The notes under the pieces were generated by a model, which worked only from the letters and a program-made list of their open reading frames with translations, made no database searches and was not told the origin of the DNA. A stretch of 64,000 nt of DNA from Tubulanus polymorphus. Taxonomy: Eukaryota; Animalia; Nemertea. Below, piece by piece: positions 1 through 12,678 of the stretch; position 1 is the stretch's first letter, and the number at the start of each line of letters is the position of its first letter. The stretch lies in assembly GCF_964204645.1 (NCBI RefSeq), contig NC_134028.1:17739653-17803652 (forward strand), given 5' to 3'. Both the position numbers and the translations under genes were made by a program.

Positions 1-103
1 CTATCAAGACATTACATTAAAGCATCTTCAAAACTTCCCAAAATAACTGGATTCCGTCTATGGACGGACAGACGCTATGACGCTTACTCCCAAGTGGGCT
101 AAA
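1..103 (+). mobile_element. 3' end of a Helentron/DINE-1-like (HINE family A) element
   Basis: Matches the 3' ends of copies at 16270-16397 and 21290-21415: GGAC microsatellite plus CCCAAGTGGGCTAA subterminal repeat. Confidence 0.75.
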
Positions 104-756
104 AAAGGTTAATTTCTATCAGTTCCCCCATCATTTGAATAAAACATATCTAGTGTCATTTACTTTTTGGCTGTTCTGGTTGTGGAGACGTTCCTTGGAC
201 AACAACATTACGTTGGAGTAATGTTTTCTCAACGTGGAAAGGATGTTTTATGGCCAATGATTATGTTATGTGAAGGTTATAACAGGACTTAATGATGTTG
301 GTGTAACGTTACATTTGACATTGTAAAAACTCAAGTATAAACGCAAGTGAAAAACGTTGTAAGAAGGTTATTGTAATGTTTTTTAACAGCATCACGGATG
401 TTTAAAAAAACTTTTCACTAATGTTTCCTAAATGTTTAATTGCAACCTGGGTGTTATGCATTACATGATAAACATACATTATTTAGAAGTGCCGTGGTTC
501 TGTGAGTACAGCGAACAAATAATGTTTATTTCATTGATTATACATAGGCTAACTCGTATTAGCGCATACACGTGCTTTTGTTGACTGTCAGATATATAAT
601 CATGAATAGTGCCACTGCGCGCTGTAAGTGAACTACATTTACAAAAAGAAGGATAAATAGATGACTTATTTACGGCATATTAGAGATAAATTTTTCGATA
701 AGTCAGATCTCAGGTCATTATTAAAGTTTCACCTGGTTAAGCAATCACAAAAAACA

Positions 757-1456
757 ATAAATTGCCCATGGGCAAAGTGTGGTTTAGCAGGAAAGCTAGA
801 GGATGTTAAACACAGCCCTCATCTTCTGCTACGATTATTCAGCCTATTTTCATGTCAAACATGCACGCGTTACAGCATCACCCTTAGTTGTGTAATGTAC
901 GAGCTTGTGTGTCATGTAGCATTCCGCACGCACGTGGAGGCCTCGTGTAAGTGAATGTTCGCTTACACTTCAATGTCAATCAAAACAATCACCGGGTAGT
1001 TAAATGAAACAATACCTATGGCGGATGTGTGAAATAATTACATCCTCACCAGCAATGAGCATTTGAAATTTGCACGTAAACGGCACCTAGTCCAATGAAA
1101 CGTACACCATGGCTTTCCCATAATTATTTCAGTAACGCCGGAATTCCCTGTATATCCCAAAAACAGCCAATCCCACTCGCTCGAAGAGTCGACGCCCCCC
1201 CCCCCCCCCCAATCAAGGTCATTGCAATTTTATACGCGAGAGCTAAGAATTTTCCCGCCAAAAACAGTTTTACGTAGAATTTTAACTCAGTTGACCATGT
1301 CATCGGCGGAGGTTCGCCATGTCTTCAATCGCATCGATTATACGTTGTTTATGCTGAGAACCAATGAAACAAATGCTCACATAAAAAAACGTACCGCGAT
1401 TTTTACATGAATTGGCTCAATACCAGCATCAAATTGCTGACAAAGGTGAACCAATA
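757..1456 (+). mobile_element. HINE-like family B non-autonomous element
   Basis: 5' palindrome TTGCCCATGGGCAA followed by GGTTTA, and 3' AAAGGTGAACCAA. The body is a dispersed repeat also found at 4583-4632/5617-6262 and 18380-18583. Confidence 0.65.
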
Positions 1457-2180
1457 ATTTTGATGGCATATGTCCTATAAGCATCAAAGAAATCAAATAT
1501 GGCCACCAGTCAACCATCTTGGCTCCAACCACAAAATGAAATGCATGTGCACAACAACATATCCAAACAGACTTATGTGTTATGTTAGCAGAAGAGCCAG
1601 TAGTTAAGGAGATATCCCGATGCATGGACAGCAGTATATCCCCCTACATTTTGATGCAGAGGTAGAATAAGTCACCAAGATATTCCAATAAGTATGAAAC
1701 GTCAGTTGTGGTTTTATCAACATTTTCAGTAATAAGGGATGTTTATTTACTGATAGTGCTTTCGGATATAATAGCAGTAGTGACATGAAAGACATGAAAT
1801 TGTTGAATATGAAACCATGAACTGGGAACCAGTAATGAACATCACATTTGTAAATAAAGGACCATGGGTCCAGTAGGATCAACTGAGTACATTTTAGTTT
1901 TGAGCACAAAAATCGATTTGTTCTTGGATTTGCAATTACGTATGAACAGCTGATGAAGATGAAATTATGGTCTTCTGTGTAGTAAGCATGTCCAACTTAT
2001 ATACATGGTAATGGGTTTTCCCTATTAGGAAAAACCCTATGAATTCCTCTATGAGTCACAAGTACATGGTAGAACAGTTCTTGATATTGATGTCACTGGG
2101 AAAGCCCTTCTAGAGGGATTTCCAAGTGATTCCCTTCTGAAGGGCTTTCCCTGGGATGTCATAAAACTAGGTCAAACATC

Positions 2181-2411
2181 GATTATTAGAATGGGAAAAA
2201 TTTATTGAACTTTTGCACATTTTCTCCCAGTACTTCCTAACAGCTTAGGGCTGATGGACAAAACTTGCCATGCGAATTCCACCACCTGTTTCCCACCTAA
2301 TGATAAAATATCAGTCATGAATATCCAGTGGTTACAATTTGTGCCACAAAGAGCTAACAGAAAGCGACTCTCAGGACCATTCTATAAGGATCAACACAGT
2401 TGATCCTAATA
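2181..2411 (+). repeat. Dispersed ~230-bp repeat ending in hairpin GGATCAAC..GTTGATCC (second copy 54083-54305)
   Basis: Visible similarity between the two loci; the terminal palindrome is typical of HINE 3' ends. Confidence 0.6.
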
Positions 2412-2470
2412 AGGAATAAGTAATCAACATTACTGAGGTTTAAACATATGCAAGACCATGTAATACCTAC

Positions 2471-2573
2471 CTGTACCACCAGCCCAAGTGTTACCGCCCA
2501 CGTGAGGAGTATTTTCAGGGTCAATTTTTCCGTGTTTAGGTTTGTTTACATCATTACCACTTTGACGTTCTAA
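2471..2573 (-). CDS. VWA8: VWA8 exon: LERQSGNDVNKPKHGKIDPENTPHVGGNTWAGGT
   Basis: ttttacag acceptor and G|gtaggt donor; PKHGK.DP.N.PHVGGNTWAGGTG is a highly diagnostic VWA8 motif. Downstream exons were not found in the window. Confidence 0.95.
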
Positions 2574-2675
2574 CTGTAAAATAAGAATTCAAATTCTATA
2601 AAACAAAGTAAGGGTTGGGGCGGGAGAGCTCAGAGAAGAAACAAAGGAAAAAAACCCCAGTAGCTCGAAACAAAC

Positions 2676-2877
2676 CTGTAGTGGTCGCCCATCTTCACCA
2701 ACCATATGATGCCATTTATCAAGTGAACTGTTTATATAAGTCGGTACCACTTCCCAGCATCTTACACAACCTCCAGCATCCACAGTTACTATTCCATCAT
2801 TAGACAGCGGAGCCATGATAATATTAGTGTCAGAAATAGCATTTAACCACGATGAATTTGGAGAGGACTGCGAGGCT
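2676..2877 (-). CDS. VWA8: VWA8 exon: ...IVTVDAGGCVRCWEV...SLDKWHHMVGEDGRPLQ
   Basis: ttcatag acceptor and CAG|gtttgt donor; phase 2->0; the VTVD.GG.VR.WE motif of VWA8. Confidence 0.92.
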
Positions 2878-3019
2878 CTATGAAATAAATAGATGTTTAG
2901 TTTATTCTATATAATCATTAAGGTTGAGATTTTTATTCATGAGATAAGTGTATATTAAGATGTGAACTGATGAATTTTAAATCTAACAAGTTACTAAATA
3001 AGAACATCAAAGTTGATAC

Positions 3020-3315
3020 CTGGGAACAGGAACATATTTCACTCTCTGAGTGCCAGGATTCACTACTTCCAAAAACCCACTCAACGTATCTAACAGTGAA
3101 TGATGTTTGACATCTTCAGGTAAAACATTCTGCGGTATTCTCCAAATTGGTAACGTTTGAATGATAAATCCAGATTCTGAGAGGAATATTGGGTATGAAG
3201 TAGGGAGTGTAGATTGTTGTTGTATGCCAAACAGATCTTGACGCTGCTGTTCAGGAGTGGACACCTGCTTTTCATGAAGCGGTTCTCGACAACTTGTTAA
3301 AATTTCAAACGGTCC
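3020..3315 (-). CDS. VWA8: VWA8 exon: GPFEIL...LSGFLEVVNPGTQRVKYVPVP
   Basis: ttcctag acceptor and AG|gtatc donor; phase 0->2; the GFLEV...KY.PVP motif matches VWA8. Confidence 0.88.
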
Positions 3316-3556
3316 CTAGGAAAATATGGCAATAGTTACAATCAACTTGCAGAGAGGGAGGAGTGCAGGAAATTTAAGATGAATAGTGCGGAAAAGTTAA
3401 GATGAATTCTGCATATCTGCTGTGTATAACACTTATTAAACTACAACTTTTTTAGATTTAAGGAAAGGCAGGACATCAAGTCTGCCCGAGAGGTTTCCAC
3501 ATTCATATGGATATGATATGGATGCCTACCCCAGATGCTTGAATATGGAAGCCTAC

Positions 3557-3690
3557 CTGAGATTCCGGGAAATTTCTAATCATCCCAGCATAAGAAGAAG
3601 AGGACATGAACAATCTAGATGCTGAATCCGTTGAATGCAATATAGCATTTTCACCTATAGGTTCACTGCCAATATGTCTTATATCATTCA
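3557..3690 (-). CDS. VWA8: VWA8 exon: NDIRHIGSEPIGENAILHSTDSASRLFMSSSSYAGMIRNFPESQ
   Basis: ttttctag acceptor and CAG|gtaggc donor (an in-frame alternative donor exists at 3530); phase 1->0. Confidence 0.8.
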
Positions 3691-4582
3691 CTAGAAAATA
3701 AAAAGTGTTAGAATACTTAAAATAATATTCAGATGTCCTTAGTCAAACTATCATGATTCAGTTCCATAGTTCTGATTCAAAGCCTAACTCAGGTATAACA
3801 TTTCAGTAAAATGTTGCTTAAAAAGGTTAGTTTTCACTTCACACCAGACTTGAATTCATCAATATCTGTGCAACTGTGTGAATAAAAGGTAGATCATTCC
3901 ATAAATACTAGTATTTTAATCTTTGGGTTGAATAATTGTTTTATGTAAAGCACAGTGAGTCTTTCGAAAATAGCACAATATAATAGCAAATTTTATTATC
4001 ATATTTACTATCAGTATTATAATTATAAAATGGGACCAGCTGACACAAAAGCTTTTACCATAAAAATTATATCAACCCTTACGGTACTGGCCATATACCC
4101 ACCCAACGAACTGAGCCAGATATAGAAATTTTTGGTGATTTTACCATACCATAAGTGCCTTGAAAGGGGTACTGCACCCACAGAGAGCAACACAGTGGGC
4201 AAACATTTTGGTAATAAGAAATTAATTTTCATACGAATTTTGTGCATCACATGACCTAATAAGCATAATTTAAAAAGTTTTTCAGAAAAAGCTCAAATAC
4301 TACCAATTTCTACACAACCAGACCTGCCAACCCCATGTCTGACTAAATCGGAACATCATCATCAATTTTCAGCTGAAGTTTTTCATTAACAAGCGTGTAA
4401 TGTATAATATGACACTGGATTGAAAAAAAAATGGTTAATTTAACTTGATTTTGCGTTGTGTTTTTTCATTTCAATTGTCAATATGATGTTGTACGTTTGT
4501 AATACCGGCATGAGACGAGTAGATTATAATTGTCAATGCCTAACACTACTAATACTTAACTAGTCACTAGTCAGTACAAAAA

Positions 4583-6262
4583 TAAATTGTCCATGGGCAA
4601 AGTGTGGTTTACCTTGAAAGCTAGAGGTTGTTTGGAATAAGGACATTGCTTGAAAAATCTTTTTAATTCGTGACTTCAAAGTTCCACAAGTTAATATTGT
4701 ATTTTATCTTTCTTAAAGAATTATTTTGTAGTCAAATAAGACCAAAGATATACATTTGTTTATGGTCCACATCCAAAATTTTGTAGGGTACAGGTAGGTG
4801 CGGCAGGGAAACTATTTTATATTTTCAAAACAATATTTTTCACAATATGAAAAAAATTCAAATAAGGCCATCCCAAAATAATTGTCTGTTTGCCGTACGA
4901 TGACTCAACTTTTCAGGATGAGTTGGTAGGTAGGTAGAAATTTCTTTTTTGCAAAAAAACAACCTTATGGATGTGTGAACCTTATTCCAAAAAAAACAAA
5001 TTTTTCACCTTATTCCAAAATTATAACTTCATCCAGGGAGTCATCTCTGTGTCAAAAATGAAACAGTACATTGAATAGGTGCGCGCTTTTACGTTACCAG
5101 CTTTAATATAGTCACTATTAGAATGAATGGCAGCTTATTGGAACACTGCCAGTTTCCTGGAAAACTTAAACTAGGCCACATGTCAAGGCATGTTTTCACA
5201 CGATGCACGCTTGAATTCAAACATACGTAGCTCATTTATCGGCAGTGGGTCGGTCGGTCGGTCGGCCGTTTTTATCAAAAATAAAATTTATTTCAATGAA
5301 TCCAAGAAAAAAGTTTTCACTCGGTACCTTTGAAGTCGGGTCGGTCGGGTTATGGCAAACAGACCATTATTTTGGGACGGCATAAAATTCATATGATGTC
5401 ACATATCAGAGTGTGGCTGAATATTGGGTCTTGGAAACTTCTTCCAATGTTGGCCGCGGAAGCTAAAATACTGGTACAGAAGAAATTGGCTATTAGATCG
5501 TTTTAAATCCTGGAATTTACCACTACAATATTCAGACCTCGACGGACCATATAGTTTGCTGCTTAGTATTTTCAGGTCACAAGAAATTATAATTTATTAC
5601 AAATTCTATCGAACAGAAAACACAGTGCTCATCTTCTGCTACAATTATACAGCCTATTTTCATATCAAACGTGTACGCATTACCACATCACCCTTAGTAG
5701 TGTACTGAACGAGCTTGTGTGTGTGTCGTGTAGCACTCCCCGCGCACATGGAGGCCTCGTGTAAGTGAATATTCGCTTTCACCTCAATCTCAATCAAAGC
5801 AATCACCGTGTAGTAAAATGAAACAATACCTATGGCGGATGTGTGAAATAATTACATCCTCACCAGCAATGAGCATTTGAAATTCGCACGTATACGGCAC
5901 CCAGTCCAATGAAATGTATGCAATCTATGGCTTTCCCATAATTATTTTAGTAGCGCCGGAATTCCCTGAATATCACAAAAACAGCAAATCCCATTCGCTT
6001 GTAGAGACGACTCCCCCAATCGGGGTCATAGCAATTTTATACGCGAGAGCTAAGAATTTTCCCGCCAAAAACAGTTTTTCGTAGAATTTTAACTCAGTTG
6101 ACCATGTCATCGACAGAGGTTCGCCATGTCTTCGATCGCATCGATTATACGTCGTTTAAGCCGAGAACCAATGAAACAAATGATCACATAAAAAAACGTA
6201 CTGCAATTTTACATAAATTGGCTCAATGCCAACATCATATTGCTGACAAAGGTAAACCAAAA
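4583..6262 (+). mobile_element. HINE family B copy split by a ~1-kb insertion (4633-5616)
   Basis: Collinear with 757-1456 on both sides of the insertion; subterminal repeats GGTTTACCT / AGGTAAACC. Confidence 0.7.
4866..5381. mobile_element. MITE, Kolobok-like (GG termini, ATAA flanks)
   Basis: Inverted ends GGCCATCCCAAAATAATTGTCTGTTTGCC / GGCAAACAGACCATTATTTTGGGACGGC, with ATAA on both sides. Confidence 0.65.
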
Positions 6263-6522
6263 ATGAGTGTGAGGCTCTACATCTACGAAACATTCGTGCA
6301 AGTAAACTTAAGAGTGTATCATCTGCAAAATGGTGGGCTTCCTTCTCTTTGTTGCCGGTTCGTTATTGATTAGGTTCATGACTTATATCAGATAAAATGA
6401 CGTCTTAATCTATTAAATCATCGCAATCCTGGTTGCGGGGTAAATGTGAGATCCTATAACCAAGTCGTACACAAAATGGTGGCTTTTTCAATTGATAAGA
6501 TCAGAAGGGTTGGTATATAGAG

Positions 6523-6590
6523 GGTTTAGGGTTAGGGTAAGGTGAGGCGTTAGGGAAGGGTAAGGTGAGGCTTTAGGGTTAGGGTTAGGT
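6523..6590 (+). repeat. Degenerate TTAGGG-like tract inside a MITE-like repeat
   Basis: GGTTTAGGGTTAGGGTAAGGTGAGG...; a similar tract occurs at 58777-58796. Confidence 0.6.
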
Positions 6591-9375
6591 GAAGCTTTAC
6601 AGCTTATTACTATAAGGTAGCTTTAGGTAAGCCTATATGTAGTTACAAGAGCCCCAAGGGGCACTATGGCCAACCTGTCAGCTTTTCATAAAATGGCAAG
6701 TGATGATGCATTCTGTGGGTTAAATTTGTCAAAATACACTCCCAGCTGAGTCACTTCCTAATAATTTACACAATACAATCGTAGAATACAAAAGTAGCAC
6801 GGACAGCGACTGGATCTGGCAGGGACAAATACCTCAGACAAATCTTTTCCCTTGGTCTTACTGATTTTAATGCGGAATAGAATTGAATTTTCTGAAATTT
6901 GCTCAATAAAACATAATTGAATTGGATTTGATATTTTGCAGAATAAAATTTGATTGAATTTGTAGTTTGAGCACATGGCTAATTAGCATATCAAGGTAAT
7001 CTATCCGATTTAAGGAAAAGCTAATTTTTCCGGACTTTGCACAACGGTCAATGATATTTTCTGTAGTGCTAATAAAAATATTCCTCCCAAAAACCAAATC
7101 AACTAAAGCTTTCACAGAAATTGATCTTGAAATACAATTTTAGATCTAAAAATAAAACAGGTTCATGTGAACACCTGCTGATTTCTGCAGCTAAGCCAAT
7201 CATAGAGGAGTCTTTGCTTTCTGATTGGCTTTTCAAAAACAATATTTTTGCGATCAGATATTCGCGAAAAAGCTCATATAAATGTTAACGAGGCCCTCTT
7301 TCAAAATTCAGCTACGTAGAAATTGGAGGATGGATAATGCTGTAATGAATGATTTGTATGAATATATGCTCAGTTGCACAGACAAAGAGCCTTTGCTCTG
7401 GAAACCATGTCATTTAAATTCGCTCCATTCATATAGTAATAGGCTCAGCCTACGGCTGGCCAATAAAACCAGGGAACCGGCAAGCTAGCATCGCTAGCGC
7501 CTTGAGATAACGTTATGCTTACGCTCACGTGGTTGCGTGTTCGAATCCTGATTTTTTGTTACTTTTCAAAAGTTTTCTAAGTCCAGGGAGCGCATGCGCG
7601 ACAAGTCGGTTATAGGATCTAACATCTACCTGGTCGCAGTAGCCACCATGTACACCACTCTGATTACAGCATAGAACCAATGCGACTAGTTGGCGGTGAG
7701 AGTTCGTTGTTAAGAAATATTTTTCTTCTAATTTATTTTTCATTTTGACCAAATAAACAACGCAGAATCATCGATCGATATAAAAATAAATTAACTTAGT
7801 TAGGTTACTTCCAAAAAATGATTCAACGCCTGCAAGCAATCGTCGTTATTTTTACAGCAGTGTGTGCTGTATCTTTATAAGGCACGCGAAGGAGTATGTA
7901 CAATAGATCTATAGTAGTAGGTTGCCCCAGTGACAGCCAGCTGATAGATGTACTGTATTGAGTGCATGCAGGAAGCCACGTGTATGCCAGTGGTCTGTGT
8001 AACAGTGATATTGATTGGATGCTTGGCGCGTATGTCAACTAGAAAAATGCGCGGCATGAGCTAAGAAATCCTATTTTAGTTTCCGATAACAAAATCAACA
8101 TGTTTGAACTTCTATGGCGACATATTTTTTAAGAAATGTAACATTGCTTGAGTTTTCGTAAAACGTAATGAAAATAGACTAAAATCTGTGCTGTCAATCC
8201 GTAAAGATTACGGGAAGAATCGTAACAGTTGGCAGGTCTGCACAACCCTTGCTTTTCTATTATGCAGTATGTTCTGATGATTATCTGAGAATTAAACAGT
8301 AAAATTCCCATGGATAAAAAATATGGCTGTTTAAGTGGTGCATGAGTATTATGAAAATTCTCTATGGAAATGCAAGTCACTGGTGACCGTGAACCACGTG
8401 TACAAAAATTGCCAGTGACTGTGTTACACAGTGTACCACGTAATGAAAGGGTTAAAAGGTACACGAGATGGAATAACTTAATTTGTAGTTCTAAGACATC
8501 AACTAGGTCTATGAAGACACAGCTTTCTCTAGTCAATAGTCAATATTAATGATAATAATAATCACATGAATATCAAGAAGGTTTTCTGTGAAGTAACAGA
8601 AATCCTAACTAATGTTCGTAACGCTCAGGGGACAACAGCAAGTCAGCAGGACCATGAAACCATATGTATACAAGTGTCGAGAACAGTAACAATGCCATCA
8701 CCTATGCATCGTAGGGCAACCCAAGCGAGGCTTAAGATTTGATTTGAGGTTTAAAACATTGGAAATAAACTCATTTTAACTCAAGTCAAACTTGGCTGCG
8801 CCCAGATGACCATACCGGTTGCCCCTGGAATGCCTAGATACTAGACTAACAGTAACAAGTGGGACTTAGACGTTCAATATTATTCTCAACTTATCATATA
8901 TGAATCATTGTTATAACTGTTCTCATCATAATCATTATTCCTAAACTATGCGGTTATCATAACGAAAGGTGTCAGGATATAATCATTTCATTGATACCTG
9001 TCAAATATTAATTGCCATTCTGAGAGTTTAACCCGTGTTAATGATTTGCGTGTTAATGAAATTTACTCATCAAATCCTCATAACTTCCAAACTATTGTAT
9101 ATAGGGCATTGAAACTTCACAAAGTTGTAGTTTATAGTCATAGCCACGGGATAGTGCTGAAAAAATAAACTTCCAATTTATGAAAGAGGGGGTCCACTGG
9201 GTGGGGTCATTTTTTGGGGTCAAGCGCAAAACGACCCCCTAGAAAGTCAGAATACTCACAATTTTGTGTAACATTGTCGATATTCATAAATAAAGACTCT
9301 GTAGATTACTATATCCATCGTTAAAACCTCTGTTTGAATCTTCATTAAAATCCCAAAATATCGAATTTACGGGCC

Positions 9376-9600
9376 GTTTTTGAGGTCAAAATTCTTCAAA
9401 ATATCAAAATGAGAAATTACTTCCGGGTTAAGATTCTCGAGTATGGGCAGTGCCGCGCGTTAAAAACTATGTCTCAACACGCTGTGAGGTGCTTGTGACA
9501 TAAAAACAAACTTTAAATGCTAGATAGGTCGGGCTGTTGACTACAGTCGCCTACAGCAGTTCCCCAGTGTGTCGAATACAGTCGCCTACGGCAAGTTAAG
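9376..9600 (+). mobile_element. Right end of a TTAA-type (piggyBac-like) non-autonomous element; second copy at 18621-19468
   Basis: Shared sequence ending CTACGGCAAGTTAAG; the copy at 19460 ends AGGG|TTAA. Confidence 0.5.
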
Positions 9601-11807
9601 GAGATATCATAGTATCAAGGGATAGAGTGGTAACTAGTAAGTAGTTTGTGACGGTCTTCGAGTATGGCAGTTGACACCGTCTGTTTCTGCCAAACTCAGT
9701 CCCGGTGTCTCCTCCTGTATTGTCACTGGTTGAGACCTGGAACTATACGCATCTGCCAGCTTTTGTTCTGATTCTATTTTGGGGTTCCTAGGTGACCTAT
9801 CAGAGCTCGAGTTCCTCTGGAGTCCAACCAATCAGTGACGTTGTTCGGTGAGTTGAGGAAATCGATATGGGGGCCCAAACTAGGGCTGATACCTCAGTCG
9901 ATTTCTGGAACTCATCGTCAACAAGTGAAAATAAATATAAAGGACTATATACATCTATGAAATATTGTTATTTTTAGGTAAGTCAAATGTCTTGTAACTC
10001 TTTATATTTCAATATGTAGGTCGTAGTTAGATAGGCCGTCATATCAGATTTAGGTCTAGTCTCTATAATACTATTTTTCATAATACTCATCATCAACAAG
10101 TGAAAATAAATACCGAAGACTATATATATTACATCTATGAAATATTGTTATTTTTTAGTTTGAAACTCTCGTTTTCTGAGCTTCATTCCCAGTGGTGACC
10201 GGATAACAATAATTTGGTTGCTATATAATTACTCATCGGAAGCGATACACATATCAAAGCAGTATCCTACGTAAGGGGTTTTTGAGGGGAGGGCCGCCCC
10301 TTGAAAATTTGAAATTCTGATCATATTATTTTTTACCACCCTTCTATAAAAGTCATGCGCCCCTACAAAAAAAATTGATCTACGTCATCCCAATAAGTTG
10401 AAACACTGGCAGTACATCAATAATTGTATAGATAGTGAGTCAGACAAATGCTTCATGCCATATAAATTTTATTACATACGTTAATAATCGTAGAAACAAC
10501 TCACCACGGAGTGGCGTAGTGCCAATCAGGTAGCCTTATAAATATCCTGGGATTTCCCTGCGTGCTAAAAATTCTTTTTGAAATCAATGCGCGTGAAGGT
10601 CACTACGAAGTTAACACTGCTGCACTCAGCCGAAAAACTTTTATTAACTGTTATGTTTACCGAAATATTTTTCAAACATAAGGTTACCAAATGGAAATAA
10701 ATTTAATGCTTTAAATTTGTCGAATGCTTGCTGAACTTTATTGACAAACTAATTATATAAATGGAAAAACATCAAACTATTTTATGCATGCATGTAGGAC
10801 TACCAATCTCCAGCAGAAAAGTGCTTCAAACTGCTGACGATCACTTTCTAGCCAAAGGCTATTAGAAATATAGCTGCGAAGCAGCGATGACGGGTTTTCT
10901 GCAAAGCCATTCAGAATGATGGGAATTGTAGTAAATTGAAATATCGATAGGCCTACATAGAATAAAATGCATTGACAGATCCGAACCTAATATGCTGTGT
11001 AAACGTCAAATATGATTCAGCTTTGAAACCGAACATACGCGGACGTACAATCACAAATATTAATTTATTTGACCAGGCATTTATTTTGGCATTCAAACAT
11101 CATGATACTGTATTATCACCATCCTTAAAAATGGATCTGTCCTATTAAGAACTCATCTTAAGCACCTGCTGAGTCGATAGATTGAGTGAATTTACAGATA
11201 AGAACGTACTATGATTTAGAATAGATTTAAGAAGTTAATGTTTTTATTGAAATATTTGAATAAATACATATTGTAGTGTAGATTCAATCAATAAATTATG
11301 AATTAATCCGGTCTGGTTTACTGGCTGATGTTGATTTTGGCTTTTATGGATTATAAATTCTATAGTGATAAACAATTGATACCTGCAACATGTGTGTAAA
11401 TCAAACCTATTCCACTAGTTGCTTGTGTTTCCTCATAAACAGGAGAGTCACTCTTGATCCAAGTTATTAGAAAAATAATGTTCATTTAGTTATAGAAATT
11501 CATTGCCTTTTTGGAAATTCTGGAATAATATTTGTTCTGTCCTAATCTTTATTACTGTATGAACCAATGATATGCTTTGTAAACGTGTTGAATCACTTTC
11601 CTTGAGTTGAAAGAATCAGATCTTCTATGGTGCAACATCGGTCGAAGAGAGATATCTTTGTGTTGACTGTCCTTGACCATCTAACTTCATGCGTTTGACA
11701 TTGGAATCAGCATCATACCCATTTGAACTGCAAAATATTCATACAACATGAAAACCCACAGTACATGTATACAGTAATCAAACTTTCACCGATGTTGGAT
11801 ATTTGAA

Positions 11808-12678
11808 CAGACCTGCCAACATTGAATTTTTCAAGATAGTACATAGACAAAGACATTTAATACAATAGATAATACAAAGACATTTTTCAAATTTGCCAGT
11901 ATTTTTTAGATTTTGCCAGTGACCCACTAGACTTGATGTGACCTTTGTCAGTAACATTTTCAATATGGCCAGTAACGAATTGTCGCTTTATCCTTATGTC
12001 CTTTTCTTTCACAATGACGTGAAATATCATTTAATCCGCCATGTGAGATCACTATATCGATTTGACATATCGTACATCTTGCATGATATTTACTTAATTT
12101 CGATGCTATGAAACAATGGATATTGTGCGCTGTACGATTTTTTATACTTCTGTTTCCGATATTTCTTAATCATACGTTTTCTACTGCCTGTTACCGCAGT
12201 ATCAGTTTCAGATTCTGACTCCGAAGAAGACGGAGAACCCTCCGAATTTTCCAGATTTGACAAAACGTCGTGAACTTCGTCCGCCATTTGCAACATTCAT
12301 GACAATTTGAGCGATGAAAATTACTCGTTGTAACCGAAAATTCGCTAGACTGGTTCCCGGTATTACTCGTTGTAACCGAAAATTCGCTAGACTGGTTCCC
12401 GGCTGTATGGAAACTTCGTGACAATTACTCAAATAAAAACCAAATTTCCCCGTAATAAATGTTAATAAACCATTAAAATACCGATTATGTACTGCAAAAT
12501 TACCTTTATTGACATAATAAAAGGAGATTTTTATTGAGGCCGTATTTATTTGCTCATTCGCGTAACATCGGAACGATATCGGAAAAAAGCGTATTCCATT
12601 GCCTGTGCCAGTGACGCCGTATTACCGCGGGTAGCACCGGAACGGAATACGGCAAAAACGTAACGGTTGGCAGGTGTG
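11808..12678 (-). mobile_element. Internally deleted hAT element retaining the transposase N-terminus
   Basis: TIRs CACACCTGCCAAC / GTTGGCAGGTCTG (minus strand) and 7-bp flanking repeat ATTTGAA. It encodes an acidic stretch plus KYKKSY and, after a frameshift, ARCTICQIDIVISHGGLNDISRHCERKGH (hAT BED-like finger). A 42-bp tandem duplication lies at 12321-12402. Confidence 0.8.

Larger units (their letters stand above)
4319..8240. mobile_element. hAT-like non-autonomous element enlarged by nested insertions
   Basis: TIRs CAGACCTGCCAAC / GTTGGCAGGTCTG with flanking direct repeat CACAAC (6 bp). Confidence 0.6.

Noticed and set aside
6523-6590. Interstitial telomere
   Set aside because: Short, degenerate and embedded in a dispersed repeat.
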